NCBI GenBank assembly: GCA_963676795.2 | Contig: CAXXTB010000002.1 | Coordinates: 2,304,001-2,368,000 of the forward strand | From: Geopsychrobacteraceae bacterium | GTDB lineage: Bacteria; Desulfobacterota; Desulfuromonadia; Desulfuromonadales; Geopsychrobacteraceae | Length of the DNA stretch: 64,000 bases | Direction of reading: 5' to 3' | In this document: piece after piece, positions 29,296-40,093 of the stretch | Layout: the number at the start of each line of letters is the position of its first letter | Numbering within the stretch: position 1 is the first letter of the stretch | Made by a program: the position numbers and the translations under genes | The notes under the pieces: generated by a model | What the model was told of the DNA's origin: nothing | What the model saw: only the letters and a program-made list of their open reading frames with translations | Databases searched by the model: none

Positions 29296-30776
29296 GCCGG
29301 GGAGCCTTCCTTACGCCGTTCAACCCTGCGTAACATGACGCGCATGATGCGCAGGTAGAGTTCATCCTTGAGCACCTGATCTTCGATCCCGCCGTCGAGA
29401 TTCGGGTTGTCGTTGACCTCGATGACATAGACCTTGTTGCCGACCTGCTTGAGATCGACCCCGTAGAGCCCGTCGCCGATCAGGTTGGCCACCTTAAGCG
29501 CGGTCTTGACCACGGCCGAAGGGGCATGCTCGATCGGCAGGGTATCGAACTTCCCTTCGTCGTTCTTGACCCCGCTGTTATCACGCTTGAGAATCTGCCA
29601 GTGTCCCTTGGCCATATAGTAGCGGCAGGCGTAGAGCGGCTGTCGGTCGAAGATGCCGATCCGCCAGTCGTAATCGGTCGGCAGATACTCCTGACCGATG
29701 ATCAGCTCCGACTTCTCGAGCAGCTTGTTGATCGTCTCTTTGAGCTTGGCTGCGTCGCTGACCTTGACCACCCCTTGCGAGAAGGAGCTGTCCGGCTGTT
29801 TGAGCACCACCGGCAGTCCGAGAGTCTCCGCCACCTGATCACGGTTGTCACGGTGGATGATCATGGTCTTGGGGGCCGGAATCTTATTACGCTCCATCAG
29901 TTCGGCGAGAAAGACTTTGTTGGTGCATTTGAGAATCGATTCCGGGTCATCAATGGCCACCAATCCTTCGGCCACCGCCTTGCGGGCGAAACGGTAGGTA
30001 TGGTGGTTGACGCTGGTCGTCTCGCGGATCAGCAGCGCATCGTATTCCCCCAGCCGGGAGAAATCTTCACGGGTGATAAAGTCGGTAGAAAAACCGACGG
30101 CCTCGGCCGCCTTGACGAAACGTTTCAGCGCTTTGGCATCGGAGGGGGGCTCCTCTTCCTGCGGATTGGTCAGAATCGCCAGATCGAAGCGGCTGCGCGC
30201 TTTCTTCGCCGTTCTTGAGCGCTTGCCGGCGAAGTAATCCTTGGCAACCTCAATGACAAACTCACGATGTTCCTCGGGAATCTCATTCCCGCTGATCACC
30301 TGCAGGTTGGCCAGCGACCACTTGCCGCTCTTCTCGCCGATGACGAAGTGGGCGCGCAGCAAGGGAGCCTGAAACAGGTTGAAAATCTGGGCGGCCAACC
30401 GGGCATAGCGCTTAGCCACGTTATGTCCGAAGTAGACACTCAGAACGAATTCCTTGGAAACGATCGGCGCCAGGCTCTTCTGGATCAGCTCCTGAAGTTC
30501 GTCGGAGGCAATACGCATGATCGTCTGCGACTTCATATCCTGCACGGCGGTCACGCCCGGTCGCGCCTTATGGCCACGCGCCGCAGCGAGCAGGGAGACA
30601 TAGTAGCCGCTGCTCTGATAGCGGTAAGAGCGGCAAAGGTTGTAGACTTCGGCTTTTTTCAACGACAGGTAGTGCGGATCGGTCAGGTAGGTCCGGGCGG
30701 TAACTCTTTCAACGCCCGGGATTTCCAGCGGCCATTGGGCAGGGTCGTCGACAACGACCAGAACGGCTCTAGACAT
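29292..30776 (-). CDS. RimK-family ATP-grasp ligase with N-terminal RLAN-type domain
   Basis: NLCRSY.Y.S.GYYVSLLA.ARGH, IRETT, KQPDSSFS.GV, QEY.PT.YDWR, GVDLK, EVNDNP. Confidence 0.88.
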   Translation of the reverse strand: MSRAVLVVVDDPAQWPLEIPGVERVTARTYLTDPHYLSLKKAEVYNLCRSYRYQSSGYYVSLLAAARGHKARPGVTAVQDMKSQTIMRIASDELQELIQKSLAPIVSKEFVLSVYFGHNVAKRYARLAAQIFNLFQAPLLRAHFVIGEKSGKWSLANLQVISGNEIPEEHREFVIEVAKDYFAGKRSRTAKKARSRFDLAILTNPQEEEPPSDAKALKRFVKAAEAVGFSTDFITREDFSRLGEYDALLIRETTSVNHHTYRFARKAVAEGLVAIDDPESILKCTNKVFLAELMERNKIPAPKTMIIHRDNRDQVAETLGLPVVLKQPDSSFSQGVVKVSDAAKLKETINKLLEKSELIIGQEYLPTDYDWRIGIFDRQPLYACRYYMAKGHWQILKRDNSGVKNDEGKFDTLPIEHAPSAVVKTALKVANLIGDGLYGVDLKQVGNKVYVIEVNDNPNLDGGIEDQVLKDELYLRIMRVMLRRVERRKEGSPA

Positions 30777-31490
30777 CTAGTATTTCTCCTTGTCTGGCTG
30801 AATGATCAGCAGGTTGGCATCGTAGGTCAGGACCCCGAGCAGAATGGCGTTGATAACCCGGTCGGTACTCGCCTGATACTTGCGCGACGGGTCAATCGGG
30901 TTGCTCTGCAGCGGATCGGCGACATGGATGGTACGCTGCTCACGGTCGTAGCCGTGGAGCACGACAAAATGTCCCGAAGGCTCACCGCGCAGATCGTCGT
31001 AGTCGCAGTTCGGCCCGAATTCACGGGCGCTCTGATAGAGATAGGTCGAAGAGAGCCCGGTCAGAACCGGAATCCCCTGATTCAGATAGCCCCGCAGCAG
31101 CGAACCGCTCAAGTCCTTGCTGCGCAGCTCGCCACCCAGTTCGAGAAACTGGAGATAGCCGTTGGTCGCGACCAGCAGCTTTTCATCCTGTTTGTATTCA
31201 GCCTGGGCACGCAGCTTCGCCATCAGCTCCTTGCGCCTCAGGCCCGCCCAGGTCGGATCGAAAAGCTGCAGTTTGTAACTGTAGATGGTCGCCCGGTAAC
31301 CACGCTTCAATGCGTGGCAGGCGAGCAACACGGCCAGGGTCCCCCCCCCTTCCAGCATCGGCACTTCGGCAATGGTCCGGGAGAGGCTGATCGGGTCCTG
31401 GTAAAAACGGTAGATCGCCTGCAGGCAGGTCGGCCCGCAGCTGATCTCATCAGGCTGAGGCGATATTTCAAAGGGGACAAGCGCTTTCAC
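30777..31490 (-). CDS. Peptidase C39-like cysteine protease
   Basis: Q....CGPTCL, GHFVVL.G and VADP give a Cys/His/Asp triad. Confidence 0.8.
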   Translation of the reverse strand: MKALVPFEISPQPDEISCGPTCLQAIYRFYQDPISLSRTIAEVPMLEGGGTLAVLLACHALKRGYRATIYSYKLQLFDPTWAGLRRKELMAKLRAQAEYKQDEKLLVATNGYLQFLELGGELRSKDLSGSLLRGYLNQGIPVLTGLSSTYLYQSAREFGPNCDYDDLRGEPSGHFVVLHGYDREQRTIHVADPLQSNPIDPSRKYQASTDRVINAILLGVLTYDANLLIIQPDKEKY

Positions 31491-31687
31491 AGATGACCTC
31501 CAACGCTCGAAAATTGGCTGAATTATGCGCCGTTTTTTCCAGATTGCAAGAGTGGAAAAAAGGACATTTTACATTTTATCTTAAGAGGGAAAAATGTCGC
31601 CAAATCGACAGGGAAATCTGTATAAAAAATGTGTTATACTGCGCCGATATTCCAATCTGTCAATTCATCATGAATCCGGAGGAACCC

Positions 31688-32269
31688 ATGAAGTTTCGCA
31701 ATATTCTGCTCTTAGTCTGTGCTGCGCTGATGCTCTCGAGCTGTGGCTACAACACCATACAAAAAAATGAAGAAGCGGTTTTTTCCGCCTGGGGGGATGT
31801 CGAAGCGACCTACCAGCGCCGTGCCGACCTGATTCCCAACCTGGTTGAGACCGTCAAGGCCTATGCGGCCCACGAGAAAGAAACCCTGACCGAAGTCACC
31901 AACGCCCGCGCCAAAGTCGGCCAGATGAACATCTCTGCCGCAGGACTCAACAACCCGGCCATGCTCCAGCAGTTCCAACAGGCGCAAGGCGAACTCTCCA
32001 GTGCCCTGTCCCGCCTGCTGGTTGTCGCCGAACGCTACCCGGATCTCAAGGCCAGCGAGAACTTTCGCGATCTCCAGCATCAGCTCGAAGGAACGGAAAA
32101 CCGTATTAATGTCGCCCGTCAGCGTTACAATGCAGCGGTTCAGGAGTTCAACACCTCGATCCGGGTCTTCCCCAACAGCATGACCAACAGCCTGTTCCTC
32201 CACCTGGAAAGAAAAGAAGCGTTCAAGGCTGATGCCGGGGCCGCCACCGCTCCCAAGGTGAACTTCTGA
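31688..32269 (+). CDS. lemA: LemA-family lipoprotein
   Basis: [42 protein letters not shown]. Confidence 0.92.
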   Translation: MKFRNILLLVCAALMLSSCGYNTIQKNEEAVFSAWGDVEATYQRRADLIPNLVETVKAYAAHEKETLTEVTNARAKVGQMNISAAGLNNPAMLQQFQQAQGELSSALSRLLVVAERYPDLKASENFRDLQHQLEGTENRINVARQRYNAAVQEFNTSIRVFPNSMTNSLFLHLERKEAFKADAGAATAPKVNF

Positions 32270-32991
32270 TGCGTTCAATCATCGTTTCAATGGTCCTGCT
32301 GCTGACGACAGTCCTGCCGGCAGCAGCGCTCGACGTACCCAAGGCCCACGACTACGTCAACGACAAGGCTAACGTCATCTCCGACACGGTCGAGTTGAAA
32401 CTCAACCAGTTTCTCCGTCAGTTCGAGCAGAGTGACTCAACCCAGATCGTGGTGCTGACCATTTCGACCCTGGAGGGGGAAGCACTTGAGGAGTACGCAC
32501 TTAAGGTACTCGAGGCCTGGGGAGTCGGGCAAAAGGACAAGGACAACGGCGCCCTGCTGCTGATCGCCAAAGATGAGCGCAAGATCCGCATCGAGGCCGG
32601 CTACGGGCTTGAAGGCCGGCTGACCGACCTGCTCGCCGGGCGGATCATAGATAACGAGATCACCCCGCGCTTCAGACAGGGGGATTTTGACGGCGGCGTG
32701 GTTGCCGGTGCGGTCGCTATGGCCGAAGCGGTACGCGGCGAATATCAGGGCACAGGGACCACAACGACCAAGAAGAAAAAAAGCCCGATCGGCCTGATCT
32801 TCTTCCTTTTCTTCCTCGGGCCGATATTGCTGCGTCTCTTCTTCGGTGGCGGAAGCGATGGCCGCAGCGGCCGATACTATGGCGGCCCCTTCATCGGCGG
32901 CGGCTTTGGTGGCGGCGGTGGATTCGGTGGCGGCGGCTTCTCCGGCGGCGGTGGAGGCGGAGGCGGCGGCGGCGCTTCCGGTGGTTGGTAG
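32269..32991 (+). CDS. TPM-domain protein with Gly-rich tail
   Basis: VND.A, QIVV.T, WGVG....DNG.LL, IRIE.GYGLEG; GGGGASGGW end. Confidence 0.9.
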   Translation: MRSIIVSMVLLLTTVLPAAALDVPKAHDYVNDKANVISDTVELKLNQFLRQFEQSDSTQIVVLTISTLEGEALEEYALKVLEAWGVGQKDKDNGALLLIAKDERKIRIEAGYGLEGRLTDLLAGRIIDNEITPRFRQGDFDGGVVAGAVAMAEAVRGEYQGTGTTTTKKKKSPIGLIFFLFFLGPILLRLFFGGGSDGRSGRYYGGPFIGGGFGGGGGFGGGGFSGGGGGGGGGGASGGW

Positions 32992-33059
32992 AGCTCCTGC
33001 GGAGCGATTTCAAATCTCAGCCCTGAAATTTCAGATTCAAACTGGTTAAGGCCAATACT

Positions 33060-33695
33060 ATGAAATCAGCAGAAAACTTTTTTACCCCCGAAGAACAACA
33101 ACGGATCGAAGCTGCGGTCAATGCTGCCGAAGCACTGACCAGCGGGGAAATCGTGCCGATGGTCATCGACAGCTCCTATGAATACCCCAGAGCCGAGCTG
33201 ATCGGCGGCGGGACACTGGCCCTCGGCATCGGCCTGCTGATCAGTTGGTGGTTCGGTGGCGACTCGATCTGGTGGTTCTTCCCAGCCTTTGTCATCGCTT
33301 TTGTGCTGATCTATCTCTCGATCAGAACCTGTCCCTTTCTCAAACGCAAGATGATCCACCCGAACGAGATGTCCGTCGAAACGAAAGAAAAAGCGATCGT
33401 CTCCTTTATGGAACAGGGACTCCACGAAACCAGGGACAAGACCGGCATCCTGATTCTTATTTCGCTCTTTGAGCGCCGGGTCGTGGTACTCGCCGACAGC
33501 GGCATCAACGCCAAGGTTCCCGAACATACCTGGGATGAGATTGTCGAGACGATCCTTAAGGGGATCAAACAGGGACAGGCCTGTGACGCCCTGTGCCAGG
33601 CGATCGGCCGCTGCGGTGAACTGTTGAGCGAGAGATTCCCCCGCAAAGAGGATGATACAGATGAACTACCGAACCTGATTCTCGGCAAAGACTGA
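33060..33695 (+). CDS. TPM-domain membrane protein
   Basis: AE..TSGEI, T..KTGILI.IS..ER....ADSGI, FP.....DEL.N. Confidence 0.85.
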   Translation: MKSAENFFTPEEQQRIEAAVNAAEALTSGEIVPMVIDSSYEYPRAELIGGGTLALGIGLLISWWFGGDSIWWFFPAFVIAFVLIYLSIRTCPFLKRKMIHPNEMSVETKEKAIVSFMEQGLHETRDKTGILILISLFERRVVVLADSGINAKVPEHTWDEIVETILKGIKQGQACDALCQAIGRCGELLSERFPRKEDDTDELPNLILGKD

Positions 33696-33901
33696 ACAAT
33701 AAAATGTCCTTCAAAAACAGCCCCCGGAGCACGAATAACTCCGGGGCCTTATCAAGCAACTAACAAATCTGCATTTCTGCAACAAAATCCCTAAACAAAG
33801 ACAAAAATAATAGCGATTGAGTTATGAATTGAAGCAGATGAGATGCCTGTGATAAATAACCACATCTTTGCATATTTTTTTTCATGACGATCGGAGGACC
33901 T

Positions 33902-35533
33902 ATGATCTACCGCCTGCTTTTAGTGCTGTTTACAGCTGTAAGTCTCTGCTCAATCACCGCCACAACCAAGGCCGCAACCCTGGAAACCTATTCCCAATGG
34001 GGTGGCACCACTTCAATAAGCTCTTTTGGTGAGACAAATACCGCGACCTACGGTCAGACCTTTACCGCTACCGCCGACATGGGGTCCTTAAGCTCCTTCA
34101 CCTTCTATATCAACGATTCTGTCGATCCCGACTATGTCGATTTCAAGGGCTATGTTGCTAGTTGGGACGGAACCAAAGCCACAACGATTCTCTTTACCAG
34201 TGCAAGTATGAGCACCAGCAACAACGGCGGGTCTGACGGCTTTGAAACGATCACCGTCAGCACCGGCGGCGTAAGCCTCACTGCAGGGCAACAGTACGTT
34301 GTCTTCCTCTGCGCTTCTGACGATTTTGACGGCGTCAATGGCACCTCAGTGTGGGGGCGTGTCGATGACAGTGCCTACACAGATGGCACCTTCGTGTACC
34401 TCAACAATGGCAGCGACTTTTCACTTCTCTCAACAGCAACTTGGAGTACTTGGGGTGGAGACTTGGCTTTCATCCTAGAATATCTGGAAGCTCTTCAGGG
34501 TCCGGACAGTGACTTCATCGCACTGCATACGGCGGTGCCGCTGGTAGCACTGGAGAGCGTCTCAGCCTTTCATAAGCGTGCCAGCAACAGGCTGGTGCAT
34601 CTGCGCACGGCCGGAAGCGCGGCGTATGCCAGAACCAACCCACTGGCCGGCGTCCAACTGGCCTACAACGGCGATGTCCAGAATTTGATGCGCACCTCAG
34701 TGGCTGAGAAAAACAAACACTTCTGGGGCGAGTTTTACGGGATGACAGGCAAGATCGATGGCGATGACAGCCTCTCCGGATACGATTACAACACCGGTGG
34801 ATTGGTGCTCGGTGGCGACTTCAGAACTCCTCAGGATATTTATCTGGGCGCCTTCGCCGGCATCGGCTCCAGCCGTGGTCAAACCGATGTCGAGGACGAT
34901 TTCAGCGCGGAAAATTATCAGCTCGGCGTTTACGGCACCTATGCGCAAGAGTCGTACTACCTCGACGGCGTATTGTCCTACACCAAAGGAGATTTCAACT
35001 CAAAACGAGCCACCACTTCAGGCACCGCCCGCGGCGACTACCAGGGGGACGAATTCGGAGCATCAGTCAAGCTCGGCTACATCTTCGCTAAAGACAAGAT
35101 CACCTTCGAACCCTTTGTCGGGTCCGATTATGTCCACATCAGCCAGGAACATTTTTCCGAGACCGGTGCCGGCAGCCTCAACATGGCTGTTGACGGCCGT
35201 GACTTCGACTCCTGGAAGGTTCTCGGTGGCTATCGCCTCAGCGCCACCTTTCAACCGAAAAAAGACTCCATCTTCGTCGCTGATTTCAAATGCGCCTTCA
35301 AGCACGAACTCGCAGATGACAACGATGTTGTAACAACCAACTTCGTCGACTCTCCGGCAGCGAGCGATTTTGTCGTTGAGGGCATCGAGGTCAGCCGTTC
35401 AAGCATTGAACTCGGCACCGGCCTGCGCCTGCTGCAAAAAAATAACGTGGATATGAATATCGACCTAGCCACCAATCTCAGTGGCGATCAACAGTCCTAT
35501 AGTGCAGGGATCGGCATGCAGTACAGCTGGTAA
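33902..35533 (+). CDS. Autotransporter (type Va) with short Ser/Thr-rich passenger
   Basis: GGAGGA RBS, signal peptide, C-terminal beta-barrel pattern (GG...G.D, EPF, F.E.GAG..N) ending QYSW. Confidence 0.85.
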   Translation: MIYRLLLVLFTAVSLCSITATTKAATLETYSQWGGTTSISSFGETNTATYGQTFTATADMGSLSSFTFYINDSVDPDYVDFKGYVASWDGTKATTILFTSASMSTSNNGGSDGFETITVSTGGVSLTAGQQYVVFLCASDDFDGVNGTSVWGRVDDSAYTDGTFVYLNNGSDFSLLSTATWSTWGGDLAFILEYLEALQGPDSDFIALHTAVPLVALESVSAFHKRASNRLVHLRTAGSAAYARTNPLAGVQLAYNGDVQNLMRTSVAEKNKHFWGEFYGMTGKIDGDDSLSGYDYNTGGLVLGGDFRTPQDIYLGAFAGIGSSRGQTDVEDDFSAENYQLGVYGTYAQESYYLDGVLSYTKGDFNSKRATTSGTARGDYQGDEFGASVKLGYIFAKDKITFEPFVGSDYVHISQEHFSETGAGSLNMAVDGRDFDSWKVLGGYRLSATFQPKKDSIFVADFKCAFKHELADDNDVVTTNFVDSPAASDFVVEGIEVSRSSIELGTGLRLLQKNNVDMNIDLATNLSGDQQSYSAGIGMQYSW

Positions 35534-35573
35534 AGTCTGCATTAAGATTTCCAGCATTACACAGATCACATCC

Positions 35574-35606
35574 AAAGCTCTGGTTCTTGATGAGCCAGAG
35601 CTTTTT
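35574..35606 (+). terminator. Intrinsic terminator after autotransporter
   Basis: AAAGCTCTGGTTC..GAGCCAGAGCTTT stem running into a T tract. Confidence 0.6.
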
Positions 35607-35775
35607 ACATAGTGCAACAATACAAAAGCAACAGTAGCCAGCAATACGAAGATACGATCTTTATCACCAACTCTGTTGAAATGTACTCAAAAGGTTACAA
35701 GAACCTGTATTGCTTCTCATCATCCATGAAAAATCGACAATGGTCATTGCCGATTCAAATCAAAATGTGATGAAC

Positions 35776-36912
35776 CTATCCTCTGCTTAGAGCAATAACG
35801 GCAGCAACCTGAAGTGCAGTAACGCGGATATTGGTTTTGGCTGCATCCAAAGCCTGTGCAAGAGTACAGGGCCCAGTAACCACACTGAACAATGCGCTGA
35901 TTCCACATTGTTTGAGATTTTCCACCCCCTCACCCAAGCTGCCAGCAAAGGCAATCACCGGAACATTATAGCGGGCGGCGACCCCGGCAACCCCGGCAGG
36001 AGCTTTGCCGTTGACCGTCTGACCATCAATACGCCCTTCGCCGGTAATCACCAGATCGGCATCCTTGACCTGCGCTTCAAAACCGATGGCGTCAAGCACG
36101 ATTGTCACTCCGGGTTTCAGCTTCGCGCCAAGAAAAGCCAACAGTGCAGCGCCCATCCCGCCGGCAGCACCGGCACCGGGAGAGTCGGAGATATCCTGCC
36201 CAAGATCGCGACGGACAACCGTGGCGAACCTGGCCAGACATATATCCAGTCGTTCAACCATCTCAGCTGTCGCCCCTTTCTGCGGACCGAACACCGCTGA
36301 AGCACCATTGTCACCGGTCAGCGGATTGGTCACATCGCAGGCGACTTCGATACAGGATTCAGCGATACGCGGATCGAGACCGCTGATATCGATCCGCTCA
36401 AGCATCTCCAGAACAGCGCCACCAGAACCGAGCTCCTTTCCGTCGCAATCCAGAAATTGAACACCCAGCGCCTGCAGCATACCGGCGCCGGCATCGTTGG
36501 TGGCACTACCGCCGATGCCGATGATGAAATGCCGATACCCACCATCGAGAGCATGACGGATCAATTCCCCGGTTCCGTAACTGGTGGTCAACAGAGGATC
36601 GCGCTGCTCCAGCGGCACCAGCATCAACCCGCTGGCTGCGGCCATCTCGATGACAGCTGTCCGGCCATCGCCGCAGACGCCGTAACGGGCGGTGATCCGG
36701 TTGCCGAGCGGAGCCGTCACTTCGGCCTCGACCAGACGGCCACCGGTCGCCGCAACCAGAGCATCCACCGTCCCTTCCCCGCCGTCAGCAATCGGCAGCT
36801 TAAAATAATCAGCCTCAGAAAAAATCTCTTTGAAACCGGACTCAATCGCTTCAGCGACTTCTGCAGCAGACAGGCTTTCTTTAAATGAATCGGGAGCAAT
36901 AATGATTTTCAT
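35776..36912 (-). CDS. glxK: Glycerate kinase (GlxK/GarK family)
   Basis: MKIIIAPDSFKESL, ADGGEGT, GGSATND.G, FGPQKGA, GAGAAGG, TGEGRID. Confidence 0.93.
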   Translation of the reverse strand: MKIIIAPDSFKESLSAAEVAEAIESGFKEIFSEADYFKLPIADGGEGTVDALVAATGGRLVEAEVTAPLGNRITARYGVCGDGRTAVIEMAAASGLMLVPLEQRDPLLTTSYGTGELIRHALDGGYRHFIIGIGGSATNDAGAGMLQALGVQFLDCDGKELGSGGAVLEMLERIDISGLDPRIAESCIEVACDVTNPLTGDNGASAVFGPQKGATAEMVERLDICLARFATVVRRDLGQDISDSPGAGAAGGMGAALLAFLGAKLKPGVTIVLDAIGFEAQVKDADLVITGEGRIDGQTVNGKAPAGVAGVAARYNVPVIAFAGSLGEGVENLKQCGISALFSVVTGPCTLAQALDAAKTNIRVTALQVAAVIALSRG

Positions 36913-37130
36913 CGGGCAGGCCATTCGGTTAAAGGCTAGCAAGGGAAGACAATGTTCTTTCTCATCATAGCGCAAGAGCAGTTTGAGCTCAAAACCTGAC
37001 AAATATCTTGTGTCATTCGACGCTATCCTTTCAGAAAGAAGAATGAGAATCGCAATGACAGGCTCTCTCGGCTATAATTGAATCATTTAATTTCCAGTTA
37101 TCTGGGTGTATTCTTTGTAAAGGGCCGCAA

Positions 37131-38888
37131 ATGAAGCAGACGTATTACATCATCGCCTTTTTCTGCCTCTTGCTATTTGTCGCCTGCCCTCTGGCCGCAC
37201 ATGCTGAAAATGCGCCACCGCAACCGCAAAATACTCCACTGAATATCCTGATCATTTCATCCCATGGCAAGGATTTCCCATCTCAATATATGCTGGAAAA
37301 AGGACTCAGAAAGGTTCTCGATGAGCAGCATATCGAATACGACCTCTATTTTGAATTCATGTACGCACCACGCAAAAATAACGAAGAGTTCCAAAACGTT
37401 TTCTTCGACTACCTTGCAGAAAAGTACCGATCCGTATCATTCGATTTTCTGGTCGGCTGGGACGATGAGGCCAATGTTTTCCTGACCCGCTATCCGGACC
37501 TGATTCCTCAAGCGAAAAGGATCTACCTGCAGAAGCCAGAACAACTGCAACTCAGCCAACGGAACCTCTACGCTGATATCGATCTGAAGGCGAATTACCG
37601 CGCCTCTCTCGAAAGGATGCTCTCCGTAGAGAATCCTCAGCGGCTCCTGGTCATTGGTTCTGACAAAAACATTTCTGCCAAAGCCCGGATCGAGGATTTT
37701 CAAAAGGCTTTTGCAACCATCAATCCGGAGATAGATATCGAGTACCTGATCGACATCCCGTTACCGGCGCTGAAAAAACGTCTCTCCGAAGAACCAAGAG
37801 GCAGAACAGCAGCGCTCTATCTGCTGATTTTTTACGATGAGAACAACAGACCGGCAACCCCCTATGCCATAGCGGCAAGCCTGGCCAGCAGCTCAAATAT
37901 TCCGATTTATTCCTTCTGGGAAAGCTTGATGGGCAGTGGTCTGGTCGGCGGCTATATCGTCAGCCAAGAGCGATTTGGTGAAATACTCGGCAACATCATC
38001 CTCTCCCCTCCAGAGCAGGTCACAGTCGACCTGTCACCGATGCGCGAGGTCTATGACTGGGCCGCCATTGAACGATGGAATATCGACCAGGATAAAATTC
38101 CACAGGATGCCCTGATCATCCATCCGCCGCCAAAGCTGCTGAAGGAATATTATCCGCATATCATCATTGGAATTTTCTTTATTGTCATACAGATGTTTTT
38201 CATCGCTCATCTGATCCTCAACCGGCGTAAACGACTCAAGGCGGAACTGGAGTTACGACAACACAAGGAACAGTTGGAACAACTGGTCACAGCACGGACC
38301 AAGGAGCTGTCTGACTCGTACCGGGAGCTTGAAGAAAGCCAGGAACGCTTCCGCAGCCTCTCCGATGCCGCCGTTGAGGGGTTGGCCTTCATCAGCGAGG
38401 GGCGGATCATCGAAATCAACAGGTCAATGGCCAATATCGTCGAATATCCCTTCAAAGAGATCGTCGGCCGTAATGTCCTCGATTTTGTCACTCCCGACCA
38501 GCAGGAGGTCGTGCGCAACAATATCCTCAGCGATTACCAACTCCCCTACGAGACCCTGCTCGTCAACAAAAAAGGGGAAGCTTTTCCTGTCAGTATTCAG
38601 GGAAGAACCTTCACCTCCCGCGGGAAACAGGTCAGAGTCGCCGCGGTACGCGATCTGCGCGAGTTAAAGACCGCAGAAGAAGAGATCAAAACCCTCCAGG
38701 GTATTCTGCCGATCTGCTCCTCCTGCAAAAAAATCCGCGATGATCAAGGTTACTGGAGCAAGCTCGAAGAATACATCCAAAACCATAGCGAAGCGGTTTT
38801 CTCCCACGGCTTGTGCAATGACTGTACGAAAGAACTGTATGGAGATGAGCCCTGGTATGACAAGCTCGACGATAAATTGAAAGACTGA
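37131..38888 (+). CDS. Membrane sensor: periplasmic binding-like domain, TM, PAS, C-terminal CxxC/CxxC module; no kinase or cyclase domain
   Basis: Signal peptide, G.VGG.....E..G, TM, FRSLSDAA.EG PAS ending VRDL, LPICSSCKKIRD..GYW...SHGLCNDC. Confidence 0.75.
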   Translation: MKQTYYIIAFFCLLLFVACPLAAHAENAPPQPQNTPLNILIISSHGKDFPSQYMLEKGLRKVLDEQHIEYDLYFEFMYAPRKNNEEFQNVFFDYLAEKYRSVSFDFLVGWDDEANVFLTRYPDLIPQAKRIYLQKPEQLQLSQRNLYADIDLKANYRASLERMLSVENPQRLLVIGSDKNISAKARIEDFQKAFATINPEIDIEYLIDIPLPALKKRLSEEPRGRTAALYLLIFYDENNRPATPYAIAASLASSSNIPIYSFWESLMGSGLVGGYIVSQERFGEILGNIILSPPEQVTVDLSPMREVYDWAAIERWNIDQDKIPQDALIIHPPPKLLKEYYPHIIIGIFFIVIQMFFIAHLILNRRKRLKAELELRQHKEQLEQLVTARTKELSDSYRELEESQERFRSLSDAAVEGLAFISEGRIIEINRSMANIVEYPFKEIVGRNVLDFVTPDQQEVVRNNILSDYQLPYETLLVNKKGEAFPVSIQGRTFTSRGKQVRVAAVRDLRELKTAEEEIKTLQGILPICSSCKKIRDDQGYWSKLEEYIQNHSEAVFSHGLCNDCTKELYGDEPWYDKLDDKLKD

Positions 38889-39007
38889 CCTGCCAGTAAT
38901 AACGGCAGACCGAATGGCGATTTTCAAAATAACGCCCCTTCTCACTCCGTGCCTTGATATTTCTTCAACCTGTGACCTGAATCACAGTTTCTTGTCCCTC
39001 TCTTGAT

Positions 39008-39026
39008 GATAATGATTTTCATTTAG
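39008..39026. promoter_or_regulatory. Putative Fur box
   Basis: GATAATGATTTTCATTTAG matches GATAATGATAATCATTATC at 14 of 19 positions by hand count. Confidence 0.6.
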
Positions 39027-39043
39027 CCAATCAAACATGCTGA

Positions 39044-40063
39044 ATGGGATGCCATATGTTGAACAGATTCAATTTTGCCGGCCAGTCATTACCGATCAAT
39101 CCGGATTCCAGCGATTTTCTCCCTGAAATCAGTCACTTTGTCGACGAAGCCCTGGAACCAGACAACATTGCAGGAATCATGGCAGCCATCCGCTTTGGCT
39201 ACCCGGTCCTCCTTGAAGGACCGACCGGTTCCGGCAAGACCTCCGTCATCCGCTGGCTGGCTCGCCAGACCAACAACTCCTACCGGCGTATCCAGCTCAA
39301 CGGCTCGACGACGATTGAGAACTTCGTCGGCAAGTACCTGCTCAGTAGCGAAGGAACCTACTGGATCGACGGCATCCTGACCGATGCCATGCGCAAGGGA
39401 CACTGGCTGCTGCTCGACGAAATCAACGCAGCGCTGCCGGAAGTGCTCTTCGTCATCAACAGTATCCTCGACGATGATCGCGCCCTGATCCTCGACCAGA
39501 AAGAGGACCGGGAGGTTGTCACCCCCCACCCGAACTTCAGGCTCTTTGCCGCCATGAACCCATGGCAGGACTATGCCGGCACCAAGGAACTGAATAAATC
39601 GCAGCTCGATCGTTTCGTCAAATTCCAGTACGACTATCTGAGCGAAGCGGATGAGAGCAAGATCGTCGCCGAACAGGCCGGTATCGCCGAATCGCTGGGC
39701 CAGGATGACCGTCATGACGATCCACTGGCGCTGCGCATGGTGAAGATTGCCAACATCATAAGGCGCATGGAAGCCAACGCAGAAATCACCGCGGTCTGCT
39801 CGACCCGCCAGCTGATTCAGTGGGCCAAAATGTGCCACGCCCTCGACATCAAAAAGGCCGCACGTTTCACCCTGCTCAACAAATATGACGCTGAGGAACG
39901 CCAACTGATCGCCAACGAGATCGATAAATTCTTTGCCGACGGCGAATCCTTTGCCACCTATCAGAAACAGCAGAGCAGAGAATCACACCACAGCAGAGCG
40001 GCTGCACTGGCCAAGAGTTGCTACATCGACACCGATATCGCCCGGCAGAAAGCCGCTGTCTGA
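39044..40063 (+). CDS. MoxR-type AAA+ ATPase (CbbQ/NirQ/NorQ/CobS-like)
   Basis: GPTGSGKT, W.DG.L..AM..G, LLLDEIN, HPNFR..A.MNP..YAGT, DRF, STRQLI.W. Confidence 0.88.
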   Translation: MGCHMLNRFNFAGQSLPINPDSSDFLPEISHFVDEALEPDNIAGIMAAIRFGYPVLLEGPTGSGKTSVIRWLARQTNNSYRRIQLNGSTTIENFVGKYLLSSEGTYWIDGILTDAMRKGHWLLLDEINAALPEVLFVINSILDDDRALILDQKEDREVVTPHPNFRLFAAMNPWQDYAGTKELNKSQLDRFVKFQYDYLSEADESKIVAEQAGIAESLGQDDRHDDPLALRMVKIANIIRRMEANAEITAVCSTRQLIQWAKMCHALDIKKAARFTLLNKYDAEERQLIANEIDKFFADGESFATYQKQQSRESHHSRAAALAKSCYIDTDIARQKAAV

Positions 40064-40093
40064 TTTTACGTCCCCCTTGCCGGAGAATTCCCA

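Noticed and set aside
32881..32988. GGC repeat run, and the ATG/GTG run at about 6610-6690
   Set aside because: Explained by poly-Gly and poly-His coding tracts
31688..33695. lemA-TPM-TPM operon as a novel system
   Set aside because: Widespread conserved arrangement; nothing unusual here
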